Shown: positions 41,162 to 51,822 of the stretch, piece by piece
Layout: each line of letters opens with the position of its first letter
Position numbering within the stretch: the first letter of the stretch is position 1
Assembly: GCA_963849325.1 (NCBI GenBank)
Contig: CAWKHF010000005.1
Coordinates: 704,001-768,000 of the forward strand
DNA: 64,000 nucleotides
Source of the DNA: an uncultured Planctomycetota bacterium
Lineage (GTDB): Bacteria; Planctomycetota; Planctomycetia; Gemmatales; Gemmataceae
Reading direction: 5' to 3'
The notes under the pieces: generated by a model
The model's database searches: none
Seen by the model: the letters and a program-made list of their open reading frames with translations, nothing else
Told to the model about the DNA's origin: nothing
Program-made: the position numbers and the translations under genes

Positions 41162-41797
41162 ATGGACGGGCTCGATCTCGCGGCGTTCCGGGCCACGCCC
41201 TTGACCCGGGAGCCTTTTCCCTTTCTCGTCGTCCCCGGATTCATCAAGCCGTCGGCGCGGCAACAGGTCAACGCCGATTACCCCCGTATCGACGACCCCG
41301 GCAGTTTCCCGGTGACGGGGCTGACTTACGGACCCGGCTTCGGTCAGCTGCTGGACGAGCTGCGCGGCCCGGCCTTCCGATCGGCCTGCGAGGAAAAATT
41401 CGGTCTCGACCTGGGCGGCCGCAGCACCATGATTACGGTGCGCGGCCGTTGCGGCACGCGCGACGGCAACATCCACACCGACGCCGTCAACAAGATCATC
41501 ACCGTGCTGCTGTACATGAATCCGACGTGGGAGCAGTCCGGCGGACGGCTGCGCCTGCTTCGCTCCGGCAACGACATCGAGGATGTCATTGTCGAGGTGC
41601 CGCCGACGGAAGGAACGCTCGTCGCCTTTCGCCGCCGCGACAATTCGTGGCACGGCCACAAGCTGTTCATCGGGCCGCGCCGCGTCATCCAGTTCAACTG
41701 GGTGGCCAATCAGGGTTATCAGCGTCGGGAGTTCCTCCGCCATCGGGTGTCGGCGTGGATGAAGAGGACGCTGGCGATGTTCCGTCGCTCGGCCTGA
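41162..41797 (+). CDS. 2OG-Fe(II) oxygenase
   Basis: IHTD, VLLYMN, GG.L, SWHG, RR. Confidence 0.85.
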   Translation: MDGLDLAAFRATPLTREPFPFLVVPGFIKPSARQQVNADYPRIDDPGSFPVTGLTYGPGFGQLLDELRGPAFRSACEEKFGLDLGGRSTMITVRGRCGTRDGNIHTDAVNKIITVLLYMNPTWEQSGGRLRLLRSGNDIEDVIVEVPPTEGTLVAFRRRDNSWHGHKLFIGPRRVIQFNWVANQGYQRREFLRHRVSAWMKRTLAMFRRSA

Positions 41798-41831
41798 ACC
41801 CAGGGCGATTTGCCGTTCGCCAGGAGATCGC

Positions 41832-42981
41832 GTGAACACGTCTACCTTGCGCAACCGGCCGTTCGAGCGCATCCTGCTCATCAAGCCGTCGGCGGTGGGC
41901 GACGTCATTCACGCCCTGCCGGTGCTGGCCAAGCTGCGGACCCGCTATCCGTCGGCGCGAATCGACTGGCTGCTGACGCCGGCCATCGCCGAGTTGGTCG
42001 GCCGCCATCCGGCCTTGTCCAACGTTGTCCTGTTCGACCGCGGCGCACTGGCCCGCGGTTGGCGGGGTTGGTCGGCCGGCGTGCTGCGCATGTTGGCCGG
42101 ACTGTGGCGGACGCGCTATGACCTGGTGATTGACTTGCACGGCCAGTTTCGCTCGGCGGTGCTGACGCTGGCGGCGCGGGTGCCGGTGCGGCTCGGCTTC
42201 GATCGGCCCTTCGCCGGCCCGCGCTCGGCCGGCGACCGTCGGCTCATCGCCAACGCCTATCGGCACGGCTGGACCGGCGCCCGCGAAGGCGCCTGGCTGG
42301 CGTACACCCATCGCATCCCTCTGCCTCGCTCCGACGTCCACGCGGTTGATCGCTATCTCTCGCTCGGCCCCATCCTCGGATTGGACGAGGGACCGCCGGA
42401 TTTTCACGTGCCCATCCCCCCTCACTCGGCGGCGCGCATCGAACGTCTTGCTGAGCCAGCACGGACTGCGGGGCCAACCGTTCGCCGTGCTGGTGCCGGG
42501 GACGATCTGGCCGACCAAGCACTGGCACGTCGAGGGCTTCGCGGCCGTGGCGCGCCATCTGCGCGGCAGCGGACGAAGGGTCGTGCTCGCCGGCTCGGCG
42601 AGCGAACGGCCGCGCTGCCAGGCCGTGTCGGACCTCGCTCCCGGTGTGGTGGACCTGTCGGGACAAACCACGCTCTCGGAGCTGGCCGCGCTCATCCGCG
42701 GAGCGGATTTGTGCGTCACCAACGATTCCGGCTCGATGCACCTGACGGTGGCGCTGGGACGCCCGATCGTCAGCGTGTTCGGGCCAACCGATCCGGTATG
42801 GATCGGGCCTTACGGCCGGCCCGGCAGCGTGGTCCAGGCCCATCTCCCTTGCGCCCCCTGCTATTTTCGACAGCTGCGCGCTTGCCCGCACAACCACGCC
42901 TGCATGACCGAGGTCACGGCCGGCATGGTCATCGAGCGCATCGAACAGATCCTTGGCGGCGGTCGCCGCGTCAGCGCGTAG
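41832..42981 (+). CDS. Glycosyltransferase family 9 (heptosyltransferase-like), frameshift near 42450
   Basis: ILLIKPSAVGDVIH, YDLVIDLHG, TKHW, TNDSGSMH, FGPT. Confidence 0.92.
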
Positions 42982-42989
42982 TGTTTTCG

Positions 42990-43064
42990 TCCGAGCCTGA
43001 AGCGTAAGCGAAGAGAGCGATAACCGAAGGTTATCGCTCTCTTCGCTTACGCTTCAGGCTCGGA
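42990..43064. repeat. REP-like palindrome (GAGCCTGAAGCGTAAGCGAAG family), copy 3
   Basis: Inverted repeat containing the stop codon of the convergent kinase gene. Confidence 0.9.
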
Positions 43065-43940
43065 GCGGCCGGCGCTCCGCCTGCGCTGGTGGCGTTCGTG
43101 GCGCCGCTGGTAATTCCATGCTTGCAGACGGATGATGCGGCGCAGCCAGCGCACCGCGCGGCGGCGGCGAGTGTCGCCGAAGTACAGACGCCAGAACCCC
43201 AGGCGGTCGCGGACGTCCACGCCGGGCAGGTCGGACGAATAAAGTAGTTGAGCGAGGTCTTTAATCCTCCACCAAGGCCAGGTCCAGCGGTGATGGCCGA
43301 GGCGGTGCAGATCGATGAGGTGGACGCGGCCGCGCCAGTCGGGCAGGCGGCGCGTGTCCTCCTCGTCGATGTAGAAGTGGCAGAGATAGAGATCCTTGTG
43401 GAACCAACGGCGATCGTGGAGACGGCGGCTCAGCGCGACCATCTCCCGGACCAGGCCGCGCTTCCAGAGGCGGAACGTCGCCGGATCGAGCCGCTGGGCC
43501 GCCAGGGGAACGGCCTCGTGCAGCGCCAGCATGTTGGTCAGCTCTTCGACGGCGAGGAAACTTTGCAGCCGGCCCCAGGGTCCGATGAATTCGCCGCCCG
43601 CCGCGGCCACGGGCACCGGCAGGCCCGCCGCCCGCGCCTGTTCCAGGTGCGCCCATTCCTGCATGGCCGGCGACCAGTCGCCCTCCGGCCAGAGCAGCGC
43701 CAGCAGTCCGTGCCACCACGGCAGCCGATAGTGACGTTTGAGATAGACCACGAGCCGCCGGCCGTCCGAACGCAGGGACCAGCGGCCGATGGTGCGGCCT
43801 TGCTTGGCGTGGAAGCGGTCGGTGACGGCCGCGTGCATGATGTGCTCGGCCCAGTCGGGACCGGCGAGGTCGGGCCAGTGCGGCTGCTGGCGCAAGCGAC
43901 GCACACCGCGAAAAAGACGCTGCCAGAGGGTGCCCGTCAC
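43047..43940 (-). CDS. LPS core kinase (WaaP/Kdo kinase-like)
   Basis: YLKRH, HKDLYLCHF, LIDLHR, KDLAQL; GTG start after AGGAGG. Confidence 0.88.
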   Translation of the reverse strand: MTGTLWQRLFRGVRRLRQQPHWPDLAGPDWAEHIMHAAVTDRFHAKQGRTIGRWSLRSDGRRLVVYLKRHYRLPWWHGLLALLWPEGDWSPAMQEWAHLEQARAAGLPVPVAAAGGEFIGPWGRLQSFLAVEELTNMLALHEAVPLAAQRLDPATFRLWKRGLVREMVALSRRLHDRRWFHKDLYLCHFYIDEEDTRRLPDWRGRVHLIDLHRLGHHRWTWPWWRIKDLAQLLYSSDLPGVDVRDRLGFWRLYFGDTRRRRAVRWLRRIIRLQAWNYQRRHERHQRRRSAGRSEPEA

Positions 43941-43981
43941 GAGTGTCCTCCTGACAACCGGCGCTTCGACACCTTTTCTCA

Positions 43982-44035
43982 CTAGCCCGCGAGCGCCAGC
44001 GACGGGTTCTCACCCGTCGCTGCGCTCCGGGCTAG
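43982..44035. repeat. REP-like palindrome (TAGCCCG family), copy 2
   Basis: CTAG-bounded inverted repeat. Confidence 0.8.
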
Positions 44036-44048
44036 CAAGGGATCTCGT

Positions 44049-45421
44049 CTAAGCGGCGAGCGGTCCCGGCGTTGCTCGCGCTTCGGCGCCGAGCTGCAAT
44101 CGGCCGCGACGCCTCAACAGCACAACCCCGACCAGCCACAGGAGCAAATTACCGTACATGGCCGAGCCGCAATCGCGCAAAAGGTTCATGTTCGGCAGTT
44201 GCGGCAGCAGATTGGCGAGCGCGTTCACGGCCAGCAAGGCCCACAGCCACGCAGGCAGCGACAACCCCTCCTGGCGCTGCCAGCGCTCGGCCAGGATCGC
44301 CGCTACCAAGGGCAGGGCAAGGCTGAAGTAGTGCAGATGACAAACGGGGCTGACCAGCAGCATGTCCAGTACGAGCAGGCCGAAGAACGCCACCATGTCG
44401 ATGCCGTCGTCGCGCCGCCGCCAGCCGAACGCCGCCAACGTCGTCAGCGTCAGCAGGCCGCCCAGCAGGTGGCTGACCAGCCGCACGGCCGGCGGCGCCT
44501 TCGGCGGCCGCTTGGTGAAGTCCGGATAAAGCGTGTTGTGCAGCGCCGTCAGGATCGATTGTCCCTCGGTCGCAGTCTGGTTGGTCAACTCCTCGCGCGC
44601 GAGGCGTCTGCGCCGCTGCCCAGACCGGGCAGCAGGACGGTTTGGGTCATCTCGCCGTAACACCGAACGGTGCGCGTCGGTCCCAGGACGGCCACGGGGA
44701 TGACGATCAGTCCGACGATCAGGCCGGTGGCGCAGCCGGCCAGGCAGCGGCCGTCGCGCCGCCACAGCGGCAACAGCAGCAAGTACGCCGGGATGATCTT
44801 CACGCAGATGGCCGCCGCCAGCCACAGCCCGGCGCGAAAGCGCCGGCCGTCGAGCAGGTCCGCCAGAAAGCCGGCGAACAGGGCCAGCAGCAGCAGGTTG
44901 ACCTGGCCGCGGCTGAGCGTGTGTCCGATCGGGATAAGGCAGGCCAGCAGCGGCCACAAGCGCAGCGCCCACCAACCGCGGCTGCGCGGCGAGCCGACCA
45001 GCGAATACGGGCCGGTCGCCGTCCGCTCCAGCGCCCCGGCCAGGTGATGGACGGCGAAGGCCAGCAAAAGCAGATTGAAGACGTAGCACAGGGCAACCGA
45101 GACGGAATAGGGGACCATGCCCGCTCGGTCGGCGCCGGCGGGCGGGTCGGCCAGGGGGGCGGCGAGGATGGCCAACAGTGGCGGATAGTGGTAGTGGAAG
45201 CCGTTGTCGTCCGTGACGTCGTACAGGTCGGCGTCGGCGCGAACGGCCCAACCGGCGCGGAGGAAGACGTTCAGGTCGCCCTTGCGCGTCTGCTGCAAGG
45301 CCGAGCGGATTTCGACCACGACGCCGAAAACCACGAGGACGGTAAGGAAGGCGGCGAGGGCGAGCCATTCCACACGGCTCGGAGGCGCCTGTCGGGAGCC
45401 GGCCGTTGGTGATCCATCCAT
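44049..45421 (-). CDS. Glycosyltransferase family 87-like membrane protein, frameshift near 44595
   Basis: GDL.VF, YHYPP, RGQVN, IK.IP-like, QSI, SPVCHLHY. Confidence 0.83.
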
Positions 45422-45617
45422 GACGACGACGACCTCTCTCCAGGGGACGTGGTGTGCCCGCCGCACGGGACGGGTCGTCCGTGATACTCCCGCGACTGTC
45501 CGCGTGTCAACCCGGACCTCGCCGTTCGACGAGACAGCGGCTTCTCGGATTCACCCGCCCGAACGGTTGTGCTACCATTGAAGCGTCCCCGTCCCGGAGG
45601 GGGCAGGAGAACAGACC

Positions 45618-46103
45618 ATGGCGCGCAAGCCCAAGAAAGACGAAGCCGACGGCATCCGCATCATTTGCCGCAACAAGCGGGCCTTTCACGAGTACGACAT
45701 CGAGGACACGCTGGAGTGCGGCCTGGTGCTGACCGGCACCGAGGTCAAGAGCCTGCGCGACGGCGCCGGCGGACTCGAAGATGCCTACGCCAAGATCGAG
45801 GACGGCGAAGTCTGGCTGATCGGCTGCGACATTCCCGAGTACAGCATGGGCAACCGCATGAACCACAAGCCCAAGCGGCCGCGCAAGCTGCTGATGCACC
45901 GCCGCGAGATCGCCAAGTTCGCCGCCAAGGCGTCGCAGCGCGGCTTCACGCTGGTGCCGCTCAAGATGTACTTCAAGGACGGCCGGGCCAAGGTCGAGGT
46001 GGCCGTGGCTCGCGGCAAGCAGCTGCACGATAAGCGCCAGGCGGCGAAGAAGTCCGACGCCCAGAGAGAAATTCGCCGGGCCATCTCCGAGCGCCGGCGG
46101 TAA
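45618..46103 (+). CDS. smpB: SsrA-binding protein
   Basis: NKRAFHEY.I.DT.ECG.VL.GTEVKSLR, RKLL.HRREI, ARGK.LHDKR. Confidence 0.97.
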   Translation: MARKPKKDEADGIRIICRNKRAFHEYDIEDTLECGLVLTGTEVKSLRDGAGGLEDAYAKIEDGEVWLIGCDIPEYSMGNRMNHKPKRPRKLLMHRREIAKFAAKASQRGFTLVPLKMYFKDGRAKVEVAVARGKQLHDKRQAAKKSDAQREIRRAISERRR

Positions 46104-46118
46104 CAATCAGAAAAGAAC

Positions 46119-46182
46119 CACGGATAACACGGATAAAGACAAAAAACAAGAAAATACCTCTTCTTTATCCGTGTTATCCGTG
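46119..46182. repeat. REP-like palindrome (CACGGATAACACGGAT family)
   Basis: CACGGATAACACGGATAAAG ... CTTTATCCGTGTTATCCGTG. Confidence 0.85.
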
Positions 46183-46202
46183 ATTTGGCAAGGTCAGGCA
46201 TC

Positions 46203-46870
46203 ATGCCGACTTCATCCTGGAATATCGTCTTTGTTATCGCCCTCATTGCCTATCTCGGCATTCGAGGAGTGTTCGATCACCGCGCCGAAGCAACGAAAAG
46301 ACCGTCCGCCGAACGGACTGGCGCGATCGGGCTTTGCTGTCCCTCGTCCTACTTGGAAGCCTCCTGCTGCCGGCCGGTTATCTGCTCACGCCTTGGCTCT
46401 CGTTCGCGGATTATCGTCTTCCGGCTTTGGCTCACTGGTGCGGCACGGTGGTGATGGCGGCTGCGCTCTGGCTGTTCTGGCGGTCTCACGCCGATTTGGG
46501 TCCGAACTGGTCGGTTACGTTGGAGCTGCGCAAGGGCCATCAACTGGTCCAGCGCGGCGTTTACCGCTCGATTCGCCACCCGATGTATGCTTCCATCTGG
46601 CTGTTCAGTATGGGACAGGGACTCCTGCTGGACAACTGGCTCGCCGGCTGGTCGGCCCTGGCGTCGTTCGCGCCGCTGTATTTCGTGCGTACGCCCCGCG
46701 AGGAACAGATGATGTGCGAGTTCTTCGGGCAGGAGTATCGTGATTACATGCGGCAGACCGGCCGGCTGTTGCCTCGCCTTTCTGTCAAGCAGACGATCTC
46801 CAGCAATACGAACAATGCCCAGCGAAACCATGCCCAACCAGGCGTTGCAGCAGACCGGCCACGCGAATAA
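46203..46870 (+). CDS. Isoprenylcysteine carboxyl methyltransferase family protein (cassette-like), frameshift near 46310
   Basis: LG.NWS, HQLV..GVYRSIRHPMY, EEQMM...FG.EY..Y; 3' end runs into attC. Confidence 0.88.
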
Positions 46871-46936
46871 CGCCTGTTCGTGCTTCAGCGCCTTCTTCCG
46901 AGTGAGCCGGCTGCTGAGCTTGTTATTTTTTTCGGC
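46832..46936 (+). other. attC-like site, not interrupted (right core degenerate)
   Basis: GCCCAAC (RYYYAAC)-CAGGCGTTGCAGCAGACCGGCCACGCG...GTGAGCCGGCTGCTGAGCTTGTTAT..TTCGGC. Confidence 0.8.
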
Positions 46937-46967
46937 TGGATACGCGCACCGGGTCAGGGAGGGCCCC

Positions 46968-47973
46968 ATGCACTGGATCGGCCTGGTCGATCATCCCGAA
47001 CACGTCTGTTGCCGCTATCGCCTGGCGGCGTTCCGTCCCTTTCTGGAGCAGGCGGGCCATACCCTGGAGCTGCAGGCGGTCCCGCGCCGCTGGTGGTCGC
47101 GGCTGGCCTTCTTCCGCCGGCTGTGCGGGGCCAACGTGATCTTGCAGCGCCGCCTACCGTCCGCCTGGCAGCGCGTTCTGCTGCGCCGAGCCTCTCGACT
47201 GTTGTTCGATTTCGACGACGCCGTGTTCCTACGTGATTCGTATGCCGCCCGCGGCTTGCACGATCCTCGCCGTCTGCGCCGCTTCGCCGGCCTGCTGCGC
47301 TGCGCCGATGCGGTGATCGCCGGTAACACCTTTCTCGCCGAGCACGCCGCCCGCTGGGCCGGCGAAGAGCGCGTCCACGTCATCCCGACCTGCATTGATC
47401 CCGGCCGCTATCCGCTGGCCGAACCGGCGCGGATCGGCAGCGGCGTCGAGCTAGTGTGGGTGGGATCGTCGAGCACCTTGCAGGGACTGCAAGCGATCGC
47501 GCCGCTGCTGGAAGAGATTGGCCGCAGTCTGCCCGGCTTGCGCTTGAAACTCCTCTGCGATCGCTTCCTGCAACTGCACGACCTGACCGTGATGCCGTGC
47601 CGGTGGAGCGAGTCCAGCGAGGCCGAGGACATCGCTGGCGCCGACATCGGCATCAGCTGGGTGCCCGATGACCTGTGGAGCCGCGGCAAGTGCGGCCTGA
47701 AAGTGCTGCAATACATGGCCGCCGGATTGCCGGTGATCGCCAACCCCGTCGGCGTCCAGGTCGAGATGGTGCGACACGGCGAGACGGGTTTTCTGGCCGA
47801 GACGCCAGCGCAGTGGGTCGAGGCGGTGCATCGACTGGCGCACGACCCGGACCTGCGGAGGCGGATGGGACGCGCCGGTCGGCGACTTGGTTGAATCACG
47901 CTACAGCGTCGCGGCGGGCGCGGCGCGCTGGGTGACGCTGTTGGATCGCTTGAGGGAGCCGCTGGCGGCTTAG
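46968..47973 (+). CDS. Glycosyltransferase family 4, frameshift near 47890
   Basis: FDFDDA, VIPT.ID, WVGS, GKCGLK.LQYMAAGLPV.ANPVG, GETGFLA. Confidence 0.9.
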
Positions 47974-48116
47974 TGTCTGTCCCGTAAGCCCCTCTCCCCC
48001 GTACTCCGGGGGAGAGGGGTTGGGGTGAGGGGGCGTTTTCTGCGGGTTTGCCGCCCCCTCACCCCCAACCCCTCTCCCCCGAGTACGGGGGAGAGGGGGG
48101 CTTACGGGACAGACTC
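47973..48116. mobile_element. MITE-like element: G(A/T)GTCTGTCCCGTAAGCCCC terminal IRs, TTA duplication, internal CCCCTCTCCCCC palindrome
   Basis: TTA at 47970-47972 and 48117-48119; 20-bp TIR with one mismatch. Confidence 0.7.
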
Positions 48117-48156
48117 TTAGAAGCGGCTTGTGAGCACAACGACACCGAGGGGCAGC

Positions 48157-49859
48157 ATGTCGGAGTCCCCTATCCTTGTGACCGGCGGAGTGCGCTGGCA
48201 GATACGGCCTGGCCTGGAGTATCTGTTCGGGTCGGACGGCTTGCGCCTGAACGAATGGCTGGCCGCGGGACAGGCCCGCGTCATCAAACATGGCCAGCAT
48301 CGCACGGTCTATCACGTCACCTTGCCCGAGTTGGATTTCTATCTCAAGCACAATCGCCTCGCCGATGGCCGTGCCTGGCTGCGCGAAATGGTACGGCCGA
48401 GCAAGGCCCGCGGCGAATACGACAACGCACTGGTCGTCGCCGCCCGTGGGGTGCCGACCATCGAGCCGTTGGCCCTCGGCGAAACGAGTCGCGGGGCCGG
48501 GCCGCGCTGCAGTTACCTCATCACGCGAGCACTGCCGGAGACCCGGCCGCTCAACTCCTTCCTGGAAACGACGCTGCCGCAGTGGCCGGCCCCGCGCCGT
48601 ACCCGCCTGCGCCAGCGCCTGGCCGTGACGCTGGGCCGATTGCTGGCCCACATGCACGACGCCGGCATCGCCCATCCCGATCTCCACCCCGGCAACGTCC
48701 TTCTGCGGCTCGACGCCGACGATCGGCTCGAACTCTTCCTCATCGACCTGCATGGCCTTCACCTGGGTGCGCCGCTGTCCTGGCGTGCCCGGCGAGCGAA
48801 CCTCATTGTCCTCAACCGCTGGTTCATGCTCCGCACCGAGCACAGCGATCGCTTGCGCTTCTGGCACGCCTACCGCTCGACCGGCCGGAGCGAGGAGCCG
48901 ACGGTCGAAGGCCGGCAGCCGATCGCCGAACTGGAGCGCGGAACGCTGGCGTCGAACCTGTGTTTCTGGCGCGGGCTGGATCGTCGTTGTCGAAAAGGGA
49001 ATCGCCACTTTCGGCGCGTGCGCGGCGAGGGCGTCGCGGGCCATGCGGTGGCAGACCTTCCAGCCGAGGCGCTGGCGCCGCTGCTGGCCGACCCCGATGC
49101 GCCGTTCGAGCGGCCGGACGCCATGGTGCTGAAGAAATCGCCCAGTTCCGCCGTCGTCGAACTGGACCTGCCGGGACCGCAGGGGTCGCGGCGCGTCATC
49201 TACAAGCGCTTCGCCGTGACGACCTGGAGCGACCCGTGGGCGGCACTATTTCGGCCGACGCCGGCACTGCGTTCCTACGTCATGGGGCACGGCTTGCTGC
49301 TGCGCTGTCTGCCGACGCCGCGTCCCCTGGCGGTCTGGCACCGCTATCGTCGCGGTCTGCGCCACGAGGGCTACCTGCTCACCGAGAAAGCTCCCGACGC
49401 CCTGGAATTGCTTCCCTTCGTGAACCACCTGAACACGCTGCCCGCCGCGGAGGGCCGTGCCTTGCTGCGCCGCCTCATCGATCAGGTCGCGCACCTCGTT
49501 GGTATCTTGCACCAGCGCCGCCTGTCACACCGCGACCTCAAGGCGGCGAACCTGTTGGTGAGCGGCGTCTCCTCTCTGGCCGCCGGAGGCGAGGTGTCGG
49601 TCTGCTTCATCGATCTCGTCGGCGTCCGCCGACCGTTCAAGCTGTGCCGCTCGCGGCGGGTGCAGAACCTCGCTCGGCTGAATACCAGCTTCCTCGACCA
49701 CCCCGGCCTGACGCGCACGGATCGATTGCGCTTCCTGCGCATGTACCTGCGCTGGGGCTGCGCGGGCGGATCGGTTGGAAACGCTGGTGGCGGCAGATCG
49801 CGGAGGCGACCGCCGACAAGGTCCGCCGCAATGGACGCAACCGCCGTCCGCTGGGCTGA
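48157..49859 (+). CDS. Tandem-domain LPS kinase (InaA/Kdo-like), frameshift near 49760
   Basis: Two kinase motif sets: HPDLHPGN/LIDL and HRDLKAAN/FIDL. Confidence 0.87.
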
Positions 49860-49928
49860 CCGCCAGGCAACTCCTCTTGCCAATCCACGCGGCCGACCGT
49901 ATGAGGTCGAGAAGCCGAGCAAGAACTA

Positions 49929-50067
49929 ACCACCGAGACACAGAGAGCACAGAGAAACAAAAAGAGAGAAGCACGCGAAGGCGGAGAACGAAGGATGGCA
50001 GGGCAAAATCTCCGTTTTTCAAGGTGTTTTGTCTCCTCTTCTTCTGTCTTCTCTGTGTCTCTGTGGT
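49929..50067. repeat. REP-like palindrome (CACAGAG family) overlapping the next gene start
   Basis: ACCACCGAGACACAGAGAGCACAGAG ... TTCTGTCTTCTCTGTGTCTCTGTGGT. Confidence 0.75.
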
Positions 50068-51017
50068 ACTCCGTTCTTTTGTCTTCGATGCTCGGCTGCA
50101 ATTCCTTCAGCCTGAATCTGCTGTCGCGCGACAAGACCGAGAAGACGGGCGCCGATGCGCATGTGCTGCCGGCCTCGCCGGGGCGCTACACGTTCCGAAT
50201 CGCCCCCTACGTCTTCCTGTCCGACTTCGAGGTGAAGCGCGATCAGCCGCTGTTCCAGGAATTGGCCAAGCTGCGCGACCAGGTCTACCGCGAGCTGCAA
50301 CTGACGCCGGGCCGCTCGGCCGTGCAGGTCTACCTCTTCGAGAACAAGGAGCGTTACGAGCAGTTCATGCACGCGGTCTATCCGAACTTGCCGCCGCGCC
50401 GCGCCTTCTTCATCGCCCAGCAGCGGGCGATGGGCGGCGCCGACGATCTGCTGGTGTATACGCGCTGGGGCGACCGCATCCAGCAAGACCTGCGCCACGA
50501 ACTGACGCACGCCCTGCTGCACAGCGTCATCCGCGACGTGCCGCTGTGGCTGGACGAGGGCTTGGCCGAATACTTCGAGCTGCCGCCCGAGCGCCAGGGC
50601 GTCAACGCCGCGCACGTCGAAACGCTCCGCCGCGACCTCGGCGTCAGCTTCCAGCCCGACCTCGATCGACTGGAGAAGCTCAAGGACGTAGGCGACATGA
50701 AAAGTGCGGAATACCGCGAAGCGTGGCTGTGGGTCCACCTGATGATGCACGCCCGGCCGGAGTCCAAAAAGGTGCTGCTGGCGTACTTGCAGGACTTACG
50801 CACGAATCGCAACCCCGGTCTGCTCGGCCCGCGCCTGGCCGCCGTCTTCCCGTCCTTGCCCGAAGCCTTCAAGAAACACCTCGAAGGTCATCGAACTACC
50901 CGTTCCTGGCCCGCTCAGCCCAGCGCTGAAGAAGAGACCACCACGGAAAACACGGAATACACGGAAAAAAGACAAAAGATAACAACCGAGATCGTCAAGC
51001 AGATAAGATGGAAGTGA
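49995..51017 (+). CDS. DUF1570-like metallopeptidase-motif lipoprotein
   Basis: LGC lipobox; HELTH; PLWLDEGLAEYFE; YREAW.WVH. Confidence 0.8.
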   Translation: MAGQNLRFSRCFVSSSSVFSVSLWYSVLLSSMLGCNSFSLNLLSRDKTEKTGADAHVLPASPGRYTFRIAPYVFLSDFEVKRDQPLFQELAKLRDQVYRELQLTPGRSAVQVYLFENKERYEQFMHAVYPNLPPRRAFFIAQQRAMGGADDLLVYTRWGDRIQQDLRHELTHALLHSVIRDVPLWLDEGLAEYFELPPERQGVNAAHVETLRRDLGVSFQPDLDRLEKLKDVGDMKSAEYREAWLWVHLMMHARPESKKVLLAYLQDLRTNRNPGLLGPRLAAVFPSLPEAFKKHLEGHRTTRSWPAQPSAEEETTTENTEYTEKRQKITTEIVKQIRWK

Positions 51018-51062
51018 ATGGAGTTTGGTATTTTTTCCGTGTATTCCGTGTATTCCGTGGTG
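50939..51062. repeat. REP-like palindrome (CACGGAATACACGGAA family)
   Basis: CACCACGGAAAACACGGAATACACGGAAAAAA ... TTTTTTCCGTGTATTCCGTGTATTCCGTGGTG. Confidence 0.88.
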
Positions 51063-51088
51063 ATCTTCTTGGATTTTTCGTGGTCGGT

Positions 51089-51822
51089 ATGAACCTCCTC
51101 GTCACGGCCGGCAACACGCTCGTCCCGATCGATCGTGTGCGCGCCATCACCAACGTCTTCACCGGCCGCACCGGCGCATCCATCGCCCGGTGCGCCTGGG
51201 AGCGCGGCCATACCGTCACCTTGCTGACTTCGCATCCGGAAGTGGTGGACGCGCCTACCGGTGGCGCTGGGCGATGGTCCGCTATTGCACGTTTGAGGAC
51301 CTGCAAAATCTTCTGGGCGAGCTGGTGACGAGCGGCGGCCTCGATGCGGTCATTCACTGCGCGGCCGTCAGCGATTACCTGGTGGGCGGCATTTACTCCT
51401 CGGCGGAGCACACGCATTTTCGCCCGCAATCGGGGCGCTGGGAGAGTGAGGACGCGGCCGGCCCGGCGCTGGTCGATCGCGCGGCGGGCAAGGTCAAGAG
51501 CGACGAGCCGGAGTTGTGGCTGCGGCTGGTGCGCGCCCCCAAGCTGATCGACCGCGTCCGCAGCGACTGGGGCTTTCGCGGCCTGCTCGTCAAGTTCAAG
51601 CTCGAAGTCGGCGTCGGCGACGAGCAACTGCTCGCCGTCGCCGAACGCTCGCGGCTGCACTCCGCCGCCGATCTGATGGTGGCCAACACGCTGGAAGGTG
51701 CCGGCGAGTGGGCCTTCCTCGGCCCGCTGGACGGACAGTATCAGCGCGTGCCGCGGCGCGACCTGGCCGAGCGACTGCTGACTGCACTCGAACAGCACCC
51801 ACGGAAACACACCGATGGCTAA
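51089..51822 (+). CDS. coaB: Phosphopantothenate-cysteine ligase-like (CoaB/DFP domain), frameshift near 51280
   Basis: LVTAGNT..PID.VRAITN.FTG.TG, HCAAVSDY, PKLID, VKFKLE, MVAN. Confidence 0.85.

Noticed and set aside
45500-46200. tmRNA (ssrA) beside smpB
   Set aside because: No tRNA-like ssrA ends found; the flanks are a REP palindrome and a cassette gene
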